A stretch of DNA of 63,266 nt, the filler included, from Rhabdomonas costata (taxonomy: Eukaryota), in NCBI GenBank assembly GCA_019059605.1. It is 32 parts of 32 records of this genome, joined end to end, with 100 filler letters (N's around TTAATTAATTAA, not from the genome) between each part and the next. Parts side by side here need not be neighbours in the genome. Positions count along the whole stretch, not along the records: positions 35,666 to 37,545 come from JAHMHO010007825.1; positions 37,646 to 39,525 come from JAHMHO010007826.1; positions 39,626 to 41,505 come from JAHMHO010007827.1; positions 41,606 to 43,485 come from JAHMHO010007828.1; positions 43,586 to 45,462 come from JAHMHO010007829.1; positions 45,563 to 47,441 come from JAHMHO010007830.1; positions 47,542 to 49,415 come from JAHMHO010007831.1; 25 more parts are not named here. One strand, written 5' to 3'. Shown here in pieces: positions 36,193 to 48,735 of this stretch; within the stretch, counting starts at the first letter, position 1; each line of letters begins with the position of its first letter. The translations under genes were made by a program, and so were the position numbers. The notes under the pieces were generated by a model, which had not been told where the DNA came from, made no database searches, and worked only from the letters and a program-made list of their open reading frames with translations.

Positions 36193-37921
36193 CTGCCGTT
36201 CCATGAATGCTTTCGTGACCACAGGATCGTTCGAGCAATACTGCGGAACCATGATTCCTTCCTCTCTCTCATTGTATGCTCAACATTCGTGCCTTCGTGG
36301 CCTTGTCGCCCGACATATACAAACACAGAAATGCACCACAAACAACCACCATTGGGGATGCTACCGGCAATATGCAAAAGTAACACGAACTCGTGGTTTT
36401 TGTCATGTGAGTAAAAGACGAGAAAAAAACCTGCAAAGGCTCTAACGGCCTCTCCGCAGCATTCCGACCGAGTCCGGTGGCACGGTGAGGAACTCCTTGA
36501 TCTAAATCAATAGATGTGTGTCAATAGATGTGTGAAGCAGCCCAGACCGAAAGCTGAAGCAAAGTACGTAGGCCTGGAAAGGTTTGTCAAGCCACCCGTG
36601 GCAAGTCTATCAAGAGGTCTTCCTCCTCATCCGTCCTTCTTGTGGGCGAAGCTTCTTCCCGCAAAACCGAAAAATATTAGCCTTTCTTGGTGGTCGAAGA
36701 GGATGAAAGAATGTTGCGGGCGTTTGACTTTGTCTTTTGTATTTTTTGGTGCAGAGGATGAGACTACACTTCGATATTTGGTGTGGCTGTCATTTCGAGA
36801 GAACTGGTTGTGCATTGCAGAGGTCGGTTGTGTTTACCTTATTCACTGTGGGAGTGCGCTCTTTTTCTTCTCAACTTATGTGGTGCGAGTTTTGTCTTGT
36901 GCCATTTGAATTCAGAGGGACTCGCTCAGAGGGCCGGCCAACGTTCTTTCCCTTTGCTCGGGTTTGAATGCGGAATAAAACCAACACAGATATTTTGAAT
37001 GGATCTGCTGACAAAACCGCCGCGTTGGCAATTGCTGTGTACCCCTGTGAGCGAAAGCAACTGGGGCACACAGCATAGGGACTTGGTGAAGCAGGCTGTA
37101 TCCGCGGGTCCATTCCAGCGACGGGTTGTCAGCATTCGCTATGATACCCTCCTTTTCCTCCAAAGCTTCGGTTTTGCTTTTCACGATGGCATGGCAGTCC
37201 CTCCTTGGAGAAGCAGCAAGCAATTCCTGTTGGGCATCCTCGAACTCCACAAATGAGGGAACTGGGGTCGCCTCTCGCCCACCTGTGGTGGTCTTTCTGC
37301 AGCGCCACCTTGTGACTGTGCGGGTGGTCGGAGAGGAGGACCCGGCTGCCATTGAGGATAGCCATAGCGGTCCCGCTGGCTCGAGCACCAGCAAGGAGGG
37401 CGGTGTCTTAGCGGAGTTTCTGGGTGTGGACCAACGTGGGGACGCGCTTGTGCTACAGGTGCCCTTCGTGATTGTGGGTGTCAGTGTGACACATTTTTTG
37501 GTTTCGATTGGAAGTGGTTTCGATCGCGTTGGGGTCAGAACCCCCNNNNNNNNNNNNNNNNNNNNNNNNNNNNNNNNNNNNNNNNNNNNTTAATTAATTA
37601 ANNNNNNNNNNNNNNNNNNNNNNNNNNNNNNNNNNNNNNNNNNNNTTTTTTGCTGCTCTGCATCCATGTCCGTGAGAGTATCAAGCAAAGGTATGTGCCA
37701 CAGCAGAAGCAACAAAAAGCAACAAACAAAAGGGAAAACAACCCGTGGAAACAGCCTTGCAGCATCCTCTCGGGAAGTCGCTGGCGCGAACTTTGAACTT
37801 ATGCAGGACGAGATTGTCAGTTTCCGAATCTGTCAGTGCTTCTCGTCTTGTTTTCCCTTTTGTTTGTTGCTTTTTGTTGCTTCTGCTGTGGCACATACCT
37901 TTGCTTGATACTCTCACGGAC

Positions 37922-39264
37922 ATGGATGCAGAGCAGCTGCTGAAGGAGCGAAGGAGGTTACGGATTCTCGAGCGCGAACTTAAATCGTATGTGTGCGCAG
38001 TGCGTTCGGTGAAGATTTGAAATGTCACTCGTTGTATTTCCTTGTGGAACTTTGTCCTTTACCGTTCACCGATTTTTACGTGGTTTTCCTTTGTACGTTT
38101 TCGGTAAGAATATTGCTTTCCCACCCTTGAATTCATTCCGAGTTATGTGAAATTTCACGTCCCCGTGCACACAGAAATCAAGAGCGGGGTGTCCGAGATG
38201 CCGAGTTGGAAGCCGCGATCAACAGCATTCGCTTGAAAATTAAGGCAACCCCCCCCCTGCCGTTACCCAACCAGCGCTACGCAATTCCTGCCTCTCTTCT
38301 GATGCCTCTTTGATCAGGTCACAAGAACGTACTCGCGCTGAATTCTCTCATATGCCATACTTGGTTGACTGCGTTGCCTATGTCTGTGGGATATCTGATC
38401 GATCTGTCTCTCCGTTTTTGAACTGTATTTATTTTTAGTAAGGTAAGTTACACCATACTCAGAAAATGATATGGCGGTTTTCCATTAATTGAAATCTTTC
38501 TAGCATAAGACTTTCCTTTGGCTGGGGACATGGTATTTGATATCCCGGAAAGTTTTCTTTTGTGGTGGGTGGACCTAAAAAAAGCAGTCAGATATGGAGT
38601 GTTCCGAATATAGTACTGCGCCGAAGGCGATGTTTTCGGGTGATTCCATGTTTGTGTTGATCTTTGTAATGGATTGTGGATCATGTGAGCGGCTGTTTGT
38701 GGAGAAGGCCGGGTTTAAACCCAGCCATGTGTTGTGGTGCCGCTCTGAGTTCACAGTGTAGCGTACTTTAGAGAAGAATGATTGTTTTCTTGAGGACACA
38801 AAGGTAAGATCATGGCAGCAATTCAGGGTATCAGTGCAGGCACGGGCACAGTGCCGAAGTACAAATAACACGCGGGCAAAAGTATGTAGAAAAGGTTGGG
38901 AACTGGGAGCACCTAAGCAATAGCCCTGAATGTTCCCGTCCTACTGACTCAAACCGTGTGTACTGAACTTTGCCAATGACCAGAGTCCTTCTTGACCAAA
39001 GACGCTTATGCGTCCTTTTGGCAGTGGTTATTGGCAGGTGGGTGGCAGGTGGCATGTGGTTTGAGGCATTTTTTCATGTTCAGGAGGCTGACAGTGCAGC
39101 TCCCGCGGGAGCACCAGTCGTGTCCAGTTCCCAGCCAGCTGAAAGTTGCGGAGCCCGAGCCGCGCCTTCACCTGCCATCTGCAGCGGCGAGGCTGCTTCT
39201 GCCCACCCCGCGCCTCCTGCCCCGAGACCTTCCGGAGAGGAGCCCGCCAGCGCAGCAACTCCAG
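37922..39264 (+). CDS. Hypothetical protein; exons about 37922-37986, 38175-38244 and 39084-39264
   Basis: MDAEQLLKERRRLRILERELKS|NQERGVRDAELEAAINSIRLKIK|EADSAAPAG...; phases are consistent if the second donor is GC (38245). Confidence 0.45.
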
Positions 39265-39789
39265 GTGGGAAGGGAAACGGTATGTGTTGTCGAGGTCTCG
39301 CTGCCCCTCTCTGGTTTTCGGGGTCTGTTTTTCATTTCTCTGGGGATCCGGGAGGGGAAGGGGATCATTCCCCCGGGACCCCTGCAAAACCCTCTTACTC
39401 TCTGAGACAGCGATTACCAGGGAAAAGTGCTTACCATCTGTCCAGTTTACCCTCGTCTGTCTTTTTGGCCGATTACCTGACAGGTTGGCGCGCGTCCGCC
39501 AGCTGAGCAAAAGTCACCCCCTCCCNNNNNNNNNNNNNNNNNNNNNNNNNNNNNNNNNNNNNNNNNNNNTTAATTAATTAANNNNNNNNNNNNNNNNNNN
39601 NNNNNNNNNNNNNNNNNNNNNNNNNTGAAACGTTTTGTACTTTACGGATCGATTGGGACAGCATTAAATTAGGGGCGGAAGCTAGCCCGCGGCGCGGCCC
39701 AAATTAACGAGAAAGAAAATGTCAAGTGTCATGGCATAGAAGCCGGCACTACTCCCAAGGTCATTTCCCGGATTCTGTTGGTAAGTAAG

Positions 39790-40852
39790 GTCACCCTTGT
39801 CCTTACTGAAGGCCTTGGTGCTGTCATACAACCGCCTCGCGGCGCTGCCCGCGGCGGTGCTGCAGTGGGCCGCTCTGGAGACCTTGGAGGTGGCGGGAAA
39901 CCAGCTCAATGCTCTGCCGGGGAGGCTCCAGTGCACTCAGCTGCGGGTGCTGGACCTCTCCGCCAATCACCTCCAAGGTCTGCGGTGGTTGACGGGTTTG
40001 CAATCTTCCAAAGCCGGTTCTGCTCCGATAGAAGGCCCTTTTTTCTGGAGGGACTCATGGCCTCCGAAGGCACAGCCCCAACGCACGAGGCGACCCACAA
40101 TGTGCTGAAAAGCATGGCGCTCACTAGGTTCTTGAAAGGGGATTGAGGACGCTCCTCCTCAGAACCATCCCTGAAAGCTGAGGCCAAGAGGCTGCCCAAC
40201 TGAGCCCGGGATCCGCGAAAACCCCTGTGGGGGAGATGTGGGAGCGTGAAGAGGAGGTTCGTTTGTTACTTCCTTCCTTCGCGTTCACTTGTGTTTATGC
40301 CTTGCTTTCCTTTTCTCCACCTCTACCACGCAATTTATTGAGCACCATGATCCGTTTGATATGGCACGATATGATTACGGGGCGAAGAAGCTTGGTCTCG
40401 GCGTCGCGTATGTCTTTTCCCATGCCACAGGTCTTGCTGAGGATGTCTTCACGGAGCTGTCCTCCACTCTTCGGGTCTTGAACCTCTCTGCAAACCACCT
40501 CTCCGCCTTGCCGGCCTCCCTCTTCTAGCTGCACGGCTTGCAGGAGCTCAACCTTAGCCGGAACCGGCTCCGTGACTTTCAGCCCACTTCGCCGAACTCA
40601 CTGTCTGCCACCCCACCTGCAGTGCGGGGCGCTGCTACTTGCGCGGAGCTCCGCAGTTTGCGAAAACTTGACTTGGGGTACAACCAGCTTCGGGGGCTTC
40701 CCCCGGAGCTGTTTTCCAGAACCGCGCTGGCGGAGTTGGAGATCGAGGGCAACCCTGGGCTGAACTGGACCATGCTGCAGGGGTTGCCGGAGTACCAGAC
40801 TTGGGTGGGCACGTTGGAGGCTGCCGCGCGAAGGAAGTTTGCTTGTCACTGA
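39790..40852 (+). pseudogene. Typical-class LRR protein with in-frame TAG at 40526-40528; exons about 39790-39977 and 40431-40852
   Basis: LKALVLSYNRLAALP, LETLEVAGNQLNALP, LRVLDLSANHLQ|GL, LRVLNLSANHLSALPASLF*LHGLQELNLSRNRL, LRKLDLGYNQLRGLPPELF. Confidence 0.85.
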
Positions 40853-42406
40853 GCGTGAGCGTCTGTTCCTCGCATTTCCTCGCGGAAGTTATCGAAAGGA
40901 AAGGAAGGGGCCGGAGGAAGAATGTGCCAGGTCAAGCACCCAAGCACAAAAGACAAGAAAACAATGAAAAGCGCAGAACAAATAAATTCAAAAACAAATG
41001 AACCGGAGAAAAGAGAAAAGAGGGTTAAACGTAGGAAAGAGTTATTGGAAATGTATAGGCCGGGTTCCTAGAGGTTCCACGAGCGAGAGCGCGGGCGCAG
41101 GAGTCCTCTTCCAAAATATTGTGTTGAGGAAAATAACAGGCACGAAGCTCCAAGTCCGTCCACATCATACATAAAAATAATCGCAATAAGTTACAGAGGA
41201 AAGGGACAGAAAAGGAGTATCGAAAGCGTCGTGAAAACGCCTGCGTTTACGGGGGTGGAAAATAATGCCTTGATTTTATCGGAAGTTGGATTGGACTTGG
41301 GTTGAACGTTTTGTAACGTGGAATTCGAGCAGTTCCATCTGACTTCTACCCTTTGCGCGGAGCTTGCTCTGGACGTATTTTTGGTGTCGCAGACACTAAA
41401 GTTTTCTGCTGTCATCTCTGGCATGTTTACAGAGAGGCAAAGCAAGCCTTATACAACATTTACTTCATGGTTTTTCCAATCGCTGCCCTTGTTCGTTGCC
41501 CCCTCNNNNNNNNNNNNNNNNNNNNNNNNNNNNNNNNNNNNNNNNNNNNTTAATTAATTAANNNNNNNNNNNNNNNNNNNNNNNNNNNNNNNNNNNNNNN
41601 NNNNNGGGTGTTGGGGTCGAGAGGTACCGTATTCCCCCAAAGGGGCGCTTTTCGGGGTGCTCCGGGGACTCACGGCGGCGCAGAAGGCCAAAAAGCGCCT
41701 TTGCCACCGCCTGCTTCAGCCCCCTCGGTCGGAGAGCGAAGGGATGCCGCATGGAAGGCTTTGCTGGGAGCTCGGACGGCATCACTGGTTTCGTGAAAGG
41801 TTCAGGAAGAAAGCAAAAAGGAAAACAAAAAAACCTGAGCGACAGACAAACAGAGAGAGAGAGCCGCATCAGGATCAGAACCATTGGACAATTCTGTTTC
41901 CTAATCTTCACCGGATCCAACCACCCTTTTGGATGAACGGCATGTGAAATACGAATGCTAGGAGTTGTCCCGGAAACACGAAAACCTGTGGCCAAAATAG
42001 GAGCCAAAGGTGTGTAGTACAAACAATAATGCTGCCTAACCCAAGCGGAGTAGCAAAATCCTGGCGACGATGAGTTGCACATAAGGGGGGAGGGATGTGA
42101 AACGGTGTAATGTTATAAAACGGAAAGGTACAAAACAAGGAATGACTTTGACTCGTTGCACTAGTTTCTCTTGGGGGCGGAGAAAAGGAGGCTGAGGCGT
42201 GTGTGGGGGGATTATCGGGAAGCTGTTGAGACCCCCCACCCCCCAAATTGCATCGTACTAAGGGGTCGAGAGAACGAGAATGAGCTAGAAGGGGAGATTT
42301 CCATCCAAGGACAGAAAAACTGCAGTCTCGGACGCATTGGTTTTGAGGTTGAGCTTAGTGCAGGAAAGGTCAACTTCGGTGCGCTTCCACAGCCGATGTC
42401 CGTAGC

Positions 42407-43428
42407 CTATCCATTTTCACAGCACAACGCTTGTGCCAAGGTAAAGCTGGGTCCACCCCGCTCCACTAGCACCGCAGTAACCAGAAAGACCGGTGCCCCA
42501 GCTCCCGTGCCGTTGCTGGTGTGACGGAAGAGGATCTTCGGCCGTTCCCTCCGCAGGAAGCGCCGCGGCTCGGGGTGGCCCTCGTAGCCCACCAAGGTAG
42601 TGTACGCCACAGGCCATGAAAAGGTCCACTGGTAGGGGGTAAGCCCATAGGCAAAGCGGCCTATAAGGCGAGCAAGCAGAGGCGAATAAGAAAGGGAAGG
42701 ACAATGGAAAGGATCACCCTCAAACTAAAGGCCCCACTCCGGCTCATAGAATGCAGAACAAACGGTGCAGGGTGCTCCTTGCCCATCCCCTTTGAAAGGA
42801 CATCATTTTCGTTTCGGTGTTGCAGGTGCGTGGAGGTACCGGGGAGGTTTCGAATAGCAGCTGAAGTCAGCAACGCAGGGCTCATCTTTTCAAAGGTGGT
42901 GCAAAGAGGCATAGCGGTCAATTACAAAAGGGGCCGAATGCCACATGCGCGTTTGAGAGCGAAGCAAAAACAGACCGGGAATATTTTTATAAAGAGCAGG
43001 CCCCCCAAAACTGTGGATGGCCGGTCCTTTCATCCTCAGCCGAATTGCAGCGTATTGGCGGCTCTCCGTTTTTCATCTCGTTGCGCTGATTCTTTCCCAC
43101 TGAGCAGCAGGGGAGGGTTTGGCGACTGCAAAGGGGTCAAATGGCAGGGCTAGAATGAGAGAGACACACAGAGAGAACGGCAATGAGGTGGAGGAGGAGG
43201 AGGAAGAGGAGGAGGGCGCAATACCTGTGAACATGCCCTGAGTCTCAAACCCGTCTTCCGCGCCGCACCACCCCCGTGGGCTCCTGGACAGCGGCCTGCG
43301 GCAGCCGTGGAAGAGCAGGTGCCAGTACCCCCGGGATGTCTGCCACAGCACAGGGTCCTCACCTTGCGCTGGCAGCAGGGGCCGCGGCCCGACCCGGTGG
43401 TACGGGCCCCACCAGTGCGCCGCGCGGG
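42407..43428 (-). CDS. GH43-like five-bladed beta-propeller glycoside hydrolase, C-terminal exons 43428-43225 and 42660-42407
   Basis: GPYHRVG...GEDPVLWQTSRGYWHLLFH...MFTG|RFAYG...QW...AYTTLV...RRERPKILF...PVFLVTAV...SFTLAQ. The EDP.LW...WH.LFH and RRERP.L.F motifs are characteristic. Phase-1 GT-AG intron. Confidence 0.75.
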
Positions 43429-43740
43429 AGACGGGTTTGAGACTCAGGGCATGTTCACAGGTATTGCGCCCTCCTCCCCAACCGCNNNNNNNNNNNNNNN
43501 NNNNNNNNNNNNNNNNNNNNNNNNNNNNNTTAATTAATTAANNNNNNNNNNNNNNNNNNNNNNNNNNNNNNNNNNNNNNNNNNNNAAACCCTTTGGAGAG
43601 AGAATGGGGATTGTTTCTCAGGCTCAGAAGACAACCCAGGTCTTCCCGGGCTCAGGTTCACTATTTGCCTTCTCATGTGGCTCTTCTTGAGCGCTCTTAT
43701 ATCGGTTGACTTCCACGCACATTTTGGGCATTCCTCTCAG

Positions 43741-45088
43741 ATGGTCTGAAATGGCCTTGGGCTACCTCAATGACGTTCTGCGCTACAAGGTCAAATCGAA
43801 GACATGGTCTGAAGTTCCTTGCAAGGGCCGCGGAGCGGACTACAGGTCCTTCTTCTCACCTGTGCAGCTGGTCGTAACAATAGTGTAATACCTTCTGTCT
43901 AAGTTTCGGTTCCTTTTTTTTGTTCAGAGCTGGTCACAGTGCGGTTCAACTTAAAGATGAGATGATTGTCTTTGGGGGCTGGGGTTTGACGATCGTCGAG
44001 AAGACAATCCCACAAAACACCCGTTCCCCGGAAGCTGCTCGCCAAGGTTGGGGATTTCGTTTGGGTCACTTGGGTGTTATGCACGCAGTGTTAGGTTCAC
44101 CGCCACTGCGTTTGGCATCGTGCTGCATCCTGGTACATCCTGGTATGTGCACGCATTCATGTCTGTGATTCTGTGAAATTGGTGTTTTTGGTGGGACGTC
44201 TTTTTTTTCTGATGATACGACTCATTTTGCATTCACTGCTGGAATTATTTACTTATTTTCTGCTCTGCTTGGTATCCTTATTGTTTCTTGCTATTGCCTT
44301 AAGAATCGCGGTGCTGTCCAGTTCATTTTGGTGTTCCTCAAATTCCTCAAAACATTGTGTGTGGTAGCTGCAGTCATGAACCCGCTTCTTGCAGTGGACG
44401 GCAGCTCGGGCCGGCCACTGCCCGAGTTGTGTTACTCCACTCAGCAACATCTCCGCAACGACCTCGCCGCACTGGACTGCAGCACCTGGACCTGGTCCAC
44501 GCTGACCCCCGTCAAGAACACACCCGTGCCCTGCCCCCGCAGCGGGCACGCCGCCTTTGGCCTCACCCCTAGCCCAGACTGCTGCAGGGCTCAGCCCGAC
44601 CTCTTCCACGGACACCCAGTGATGGGAATCTTTGGGGGTCTCGGGGCTGCTGTGGCGGCGGTCCACATCACACGCTCCCTGGATACTGAACTGCTGCAGG
44701 GAGCCGTGCGCGGGGGTCGGCTTTTGAACGACCTTTACTTTCTCGAGCGCGATGGGCAGAGCACAGAGGTGCGGTGGATCGGCCCCGTGGGGGCTTCCAA
44801 CCCTCCCGAGGCTCGGACGGGAGGGGTGGCGGTGATATTTCAGGACTCGGTGCTACTACACGGTGGCTATGGATCGGAGGGCCAGATCTTGAGCTCGGTG
44901 CACCAGCTGTGGCTTCCAGGGATGCTGTGGAGGGAGGTGAAGGTCGGAGATTCGCTTCCCCCAAAGGTTGGGGAGTTGCCGGCCCCGGTGCCGCCACCGC
45001 GGTTCCTGCATAGCGTAGTGTTGCTGCCCACGTCGCAGGCTCTGCCCAGTGCGAATAATATCGAGAAGGACACTGGACCGCGTGCCAG
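43741..45088 (+). CDS. Kelch-repeat protein; exons 43741-43845, 43928-44046, 44395-45088
   Basis: YLNDVLRY...TWSEV...R|AGHSAV...MIVFGGW, PCPRSGHAA, IFGGLG...LLNDLY, PEARTGG...LLHGGYG, PPPRFLHS. Confidence 0.92.
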
Positions 45089-45840
45089 GTGCTTATCTCC
45101 CTGTTGCTGAGGGTGGAATATTTGTTCGAAGTCTGTCGGCGTGGAATAACCAACTTTAGAAAAGGTATCGAGGACTATTTCTCACGTCTTGCGTTCTTTT
45201 TATCACAAGTTGTCAGGACAACATCGATTTGCTGTTCAGCACGTTGGAACCGCAGGCATGCATACACGTCGTCTGCGTCCGGGAACGGCGGCATTGACTT
45301 TGTTATGCCGGCATATTCGCCTTGATAAATTGAGATACTGGCTGCCCCCCAGCTCTCGCTGGTTTCTGAACCAGTAAGAGTAAAGAAAGTATTTATAGTG
45401 GGTCCACATGGATGCGGCGGGGTTTCGCTAGTTTGCCTTTATATTGGGATGTGTGCACAACANNNNNNNNNNNNNNNNNNNNNNNNNNNNNNNNNNNNNN
45501 NNNNNNTTAATTAATTAANNNNNNNNNNNNNNNNNNNNNNNNNNNNNNNNNNNNNNNNNNNNGTGCACTCAGTGTGGTGTCATCAGTGGACTGCGGCTTT
45601 AAACTCTTTCCCTTTCTATTTGTTTTGTTTGGGAGCAGGCGATGGATCAAAGGCATTGTTGCTCTGACAAACAATGAGCGCTACTGCTCGAAGGCCCGAA
45701 ACTAAGGAGGGAGTTGATCATCAATCGCCAATCGTTACCGTGGCATTACCGCTGGCAGCCATGAGTAAGCCCTGCTCAACTCAACAGCAAGTTCAAGGGT
45801 ACCCACGCAAAAGCGATGAAGGACGGGAGTGAGTGGCTGC

Positions 45841-47212
45841 CTGCGCCGTTGCAGATGGTGCCGTTCACCCGAGGGCAGGACAGGGAACAGTCCAGCCCGG
45901 CGTAACCCGTGTAGCAGCTGCACAGCCCGCTCCCGTCGAACCCATCCGAGCAATCACCCGCCCTATTGGTTGATTGATTGCATGGCATCACGGAGTGATG
46001 ACATCACTTTCCGCAGCTCGAGGATGCGCTGCACATACACCAGAGTAGGTGGTGACTCACAGGGGCATATAGGTGGGAACCTTGGTGTTTGTTGGGTTCC
46101 CCACCACCACCACCACGCTTCAGCTGTGCCATCTGCAGCCGCTGCCAAGTAACATGGTCAGCCAACCCGGCCAGCAAAGAGTCTCGTGTCATCCAGTGGC
46201 AGGGCCTTCCTTTATTCAATCCGGTAATCGCTTAAGTTGCGTCGAGAACGCTATCGTTGGAGATCACTCACTGTCATGTGTGGGCGTGTCCTCTTCCAGC
46301 ACTCCCAGCCTGCCATGTCTTGCAGCTGTTCTTCATCCTACGGCCATCTGCAGGTCATCTTGCACTCCTTCAACCCATCCCCTATTTTTCAGCCCGTATT
46401 GCTCACAAAGGGAGGGAGCGTGAGCACGCATAGTGTGATGGAATGAGATGGTGCGTGGTGCAGGGTCGGCGGTAAATAAGAAAACCCGGAGCAGGGCAGC
46501 TGCGTGGACGACACGAAGCCTGGGCACTGATATTGGCATTCCGACCCGTAGTACCCCGTGGCGCAGGCGGAGCAGTTCGCGGTGGCCCAGTGCGACACGC
46601 AAATGCACAGCCCACTGCCCGAGTACCCGTCTGCACATCTGCGGCGTGGCGGGCGCGCTCAGGGGAGTCAAAAGCAACAGACAGAAGGATAATAGTTAAT
46701 AGTATTGAAAACAAAACTAATTCAGAAACGGAAACGGCCCATATGCTAAAATCCGCAGCAAATGCAGCACCTTCAGGTACACCGAAACGGCCACATGATA
46801 CAAAGGTTACGTTTTTGAGGACGGAATCTTCATTCCAATTCTCGTCTTCCACATTTCTTTTTCATTTTCGGACAGCTGTGCAGCCTTGATATTTTGACAA
46901 AACGTCTTGGTCCTTATTCCACATTCTTTTTACGTCCTCAGCACATCTCTTATGCCATTCAAACATGGCCTATTTACACTCTTTTGCACGAGCGAAGACC
47001 CAAATACACCCCACAGAGAGCAAGCCAGCAGGACCTGCCGTGGCCGGTGCAAGGCAGATCCTCACCCCCGGGGCAGATCTGGTTGCAGCTGAACCCATAC
47101 ACCCCACTGCGGCAGTTCTGGCATGCACTGAGGTCCCAGTAGCCCCCACTAGAGTCCGAGGTGCAGGTGCACAGCCCAGTTCCCGTGAGGCCGTCGCTGC
47201 AGTTCCCGTGCC
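45841..47212 (-). CDS. Cysteine-rich EGF/laminin-EGF-like repeat protein; exons 47212-47035, 46638-46486, 45962-45841
   Basis: GHGNCSDGLTGTGLCTC...CQNCRSGVYGFSCNQICPG...CTGHGR|CADGYSGSGLCIC...CSACATGYYGSECQYQCPG...CSG|AGDCSDGFDGSGLCSCYTGYAGLDC. Confidence 0.9.
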
Positions 47213-48049
47213 CTGCAATCCAGGAGCGATTAATGGCAGATGGCAGTGCATTTCAGAAGACCCCCTCTTCACAATTTGTTCAACCCTCGTCCCAATGCAG
47301 TCACCCGGCCCCTCGTTTTTACCCGTTGTCTGCACACTCTTGCGCACAAAAGAGTCATGCAACACATCGCTTCCGATTGTTCGCCCGTGAGGCCATGCCA
47401 TTCTAGCAGAACACAACAACAACAACATAAAGCATTAACATNNNNNNNNNNNNNNNNNNNNNNNNNNNNNNNNNNNNNNNNNNNNTTAATTAATTAANNN
47501 NNNNNNNNNNNNNNNNNNNNNNNNNNNNNNNNNNNNNNNNNGTTTTTGGGGAAACCAGGGAGCACCGATGCCTGCTTTTTATAAAGCGGCGAGGAATGAG
47601 GTGGCGATGCACGTGTTCCCTTCTATTCCAAATGACGCGAAAGACTCCGCTCCGCTCCGCTCTATGACCCAAGAACCCAGGTCGTTCATGATAGATTGCT
47701 TAAAATACCTGGCTCTGACACTTACCTGTGCACCCCTGCTACCTGTGGTACGCGGGTGGTACCCCCACAAACATACCTTTACAAGAGCCAACATCATCCA
47801 GGGGAGATGGACCAGAAAGTTCAAGGAACTAATAGGGACATCATAACACACGACCGCACTGCATGATAATTACGTTAGTATCGGGCCCAAATCCGGCACT
47901 GAACAAGTCGATGCGAGGGTGACTCAAAGCAGTGAAGGAGGCCGATCTTCTTCAGGTGGATGTTCTGAGGAATGCTGGGATTTTATTGGGTGCATGGTGC
48001 CCGTCTGGTGTGTCTGCCTCTTAGTAAGGAAGATGACGTGCGAGAGCTC

Positions 48050-48735
48050 TCGGAAGTGGTAGAACCGGTATAGACGTTCAGCTTCGCTCCATGCAGGTAG
48101 TTTCGCCACTTCTCGGTAGCAGGGCGAGCAACTATTTTCAAGAACTGGGTAGTTCAACTTGTGCTTGGTTAATTGCCACTGTTGCAGGTGATCAGTCTGA
48201 TGTGCCATTAGTCGTCCTTCTGACAACGTGCCAGTGAGCAAGAATTGTGCACGTCAGCAAGTGATCTTTAATGTCGTCAAAAGCTTTCTGTTTGGTCGGC
48301 CCACAAGTCCAATTGGACTTTTTGTTGAGCATATCAGTCATGGCGGTTGCGACAGTGGCACGTAAGCTCCAAACTTGCTTCACTAAGCGGGGCGTCGGCC
48401 ATGCTGCAATGGTGTGCAGCTTTTTGGGAACCGGTCTGACCCCTTGCGTCCGACGATGAACCCGACGAACTCAATCTCTGGTTGGGCGAATGAGCACTTA
48501 TTCAGCTGTGCAAACAATTTCTGTTCACGCAATCGCAACAAACTCTGAGGACGTGCTGCATATGTTCTTTCAACGTTTCACTGATAACCAAAATGTAGTC
48601 CACGTACGTGCGCATCCAGGAAGTCTCTGTTGTGAATGCTGGAAGGTTTTTGTGGCATTGGTCAGACCAAATGACATGACTGTCCATTCAAACGGCCCAA
48701 ACTATGTATGTAAAGCAATCTTCTGACGGTCGCCC
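48050..48735 (-). mobile_element. Ty3/gypsy RT-RNase H remnant
   Basis: Frameshifted pieces DRQKIAL..FGPFEWTVMSFGLTNATKTFQ, YVDYILVISETLKEHMQHV, FAQPEIEFVGFIVG, IAAWPTP, QKAFDDIKDHL, LNYPVLE. Confidence 0.88.

Noticed and set aside
37653-37937. About 90-bp inverted repeat
   Set aside because: At the contig start and includes exon-like sequence; fold-back artefact.
40526-40528. Stop-codon reassignment (alternative genetic code)
   Set aside because: TAG, TGA and TAA each end genes at homology-consistent positions (42407, 36192, 14195), and the conserved enzyme exons have no internal stops.
43208-43478. Long inverted repeat at a contig end
   Set aside because: It copies an exon-intron junction of the GH43-like gene and truncates its exon at the contig edge, so it is a fold-back amplification chimera. 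No TSD.
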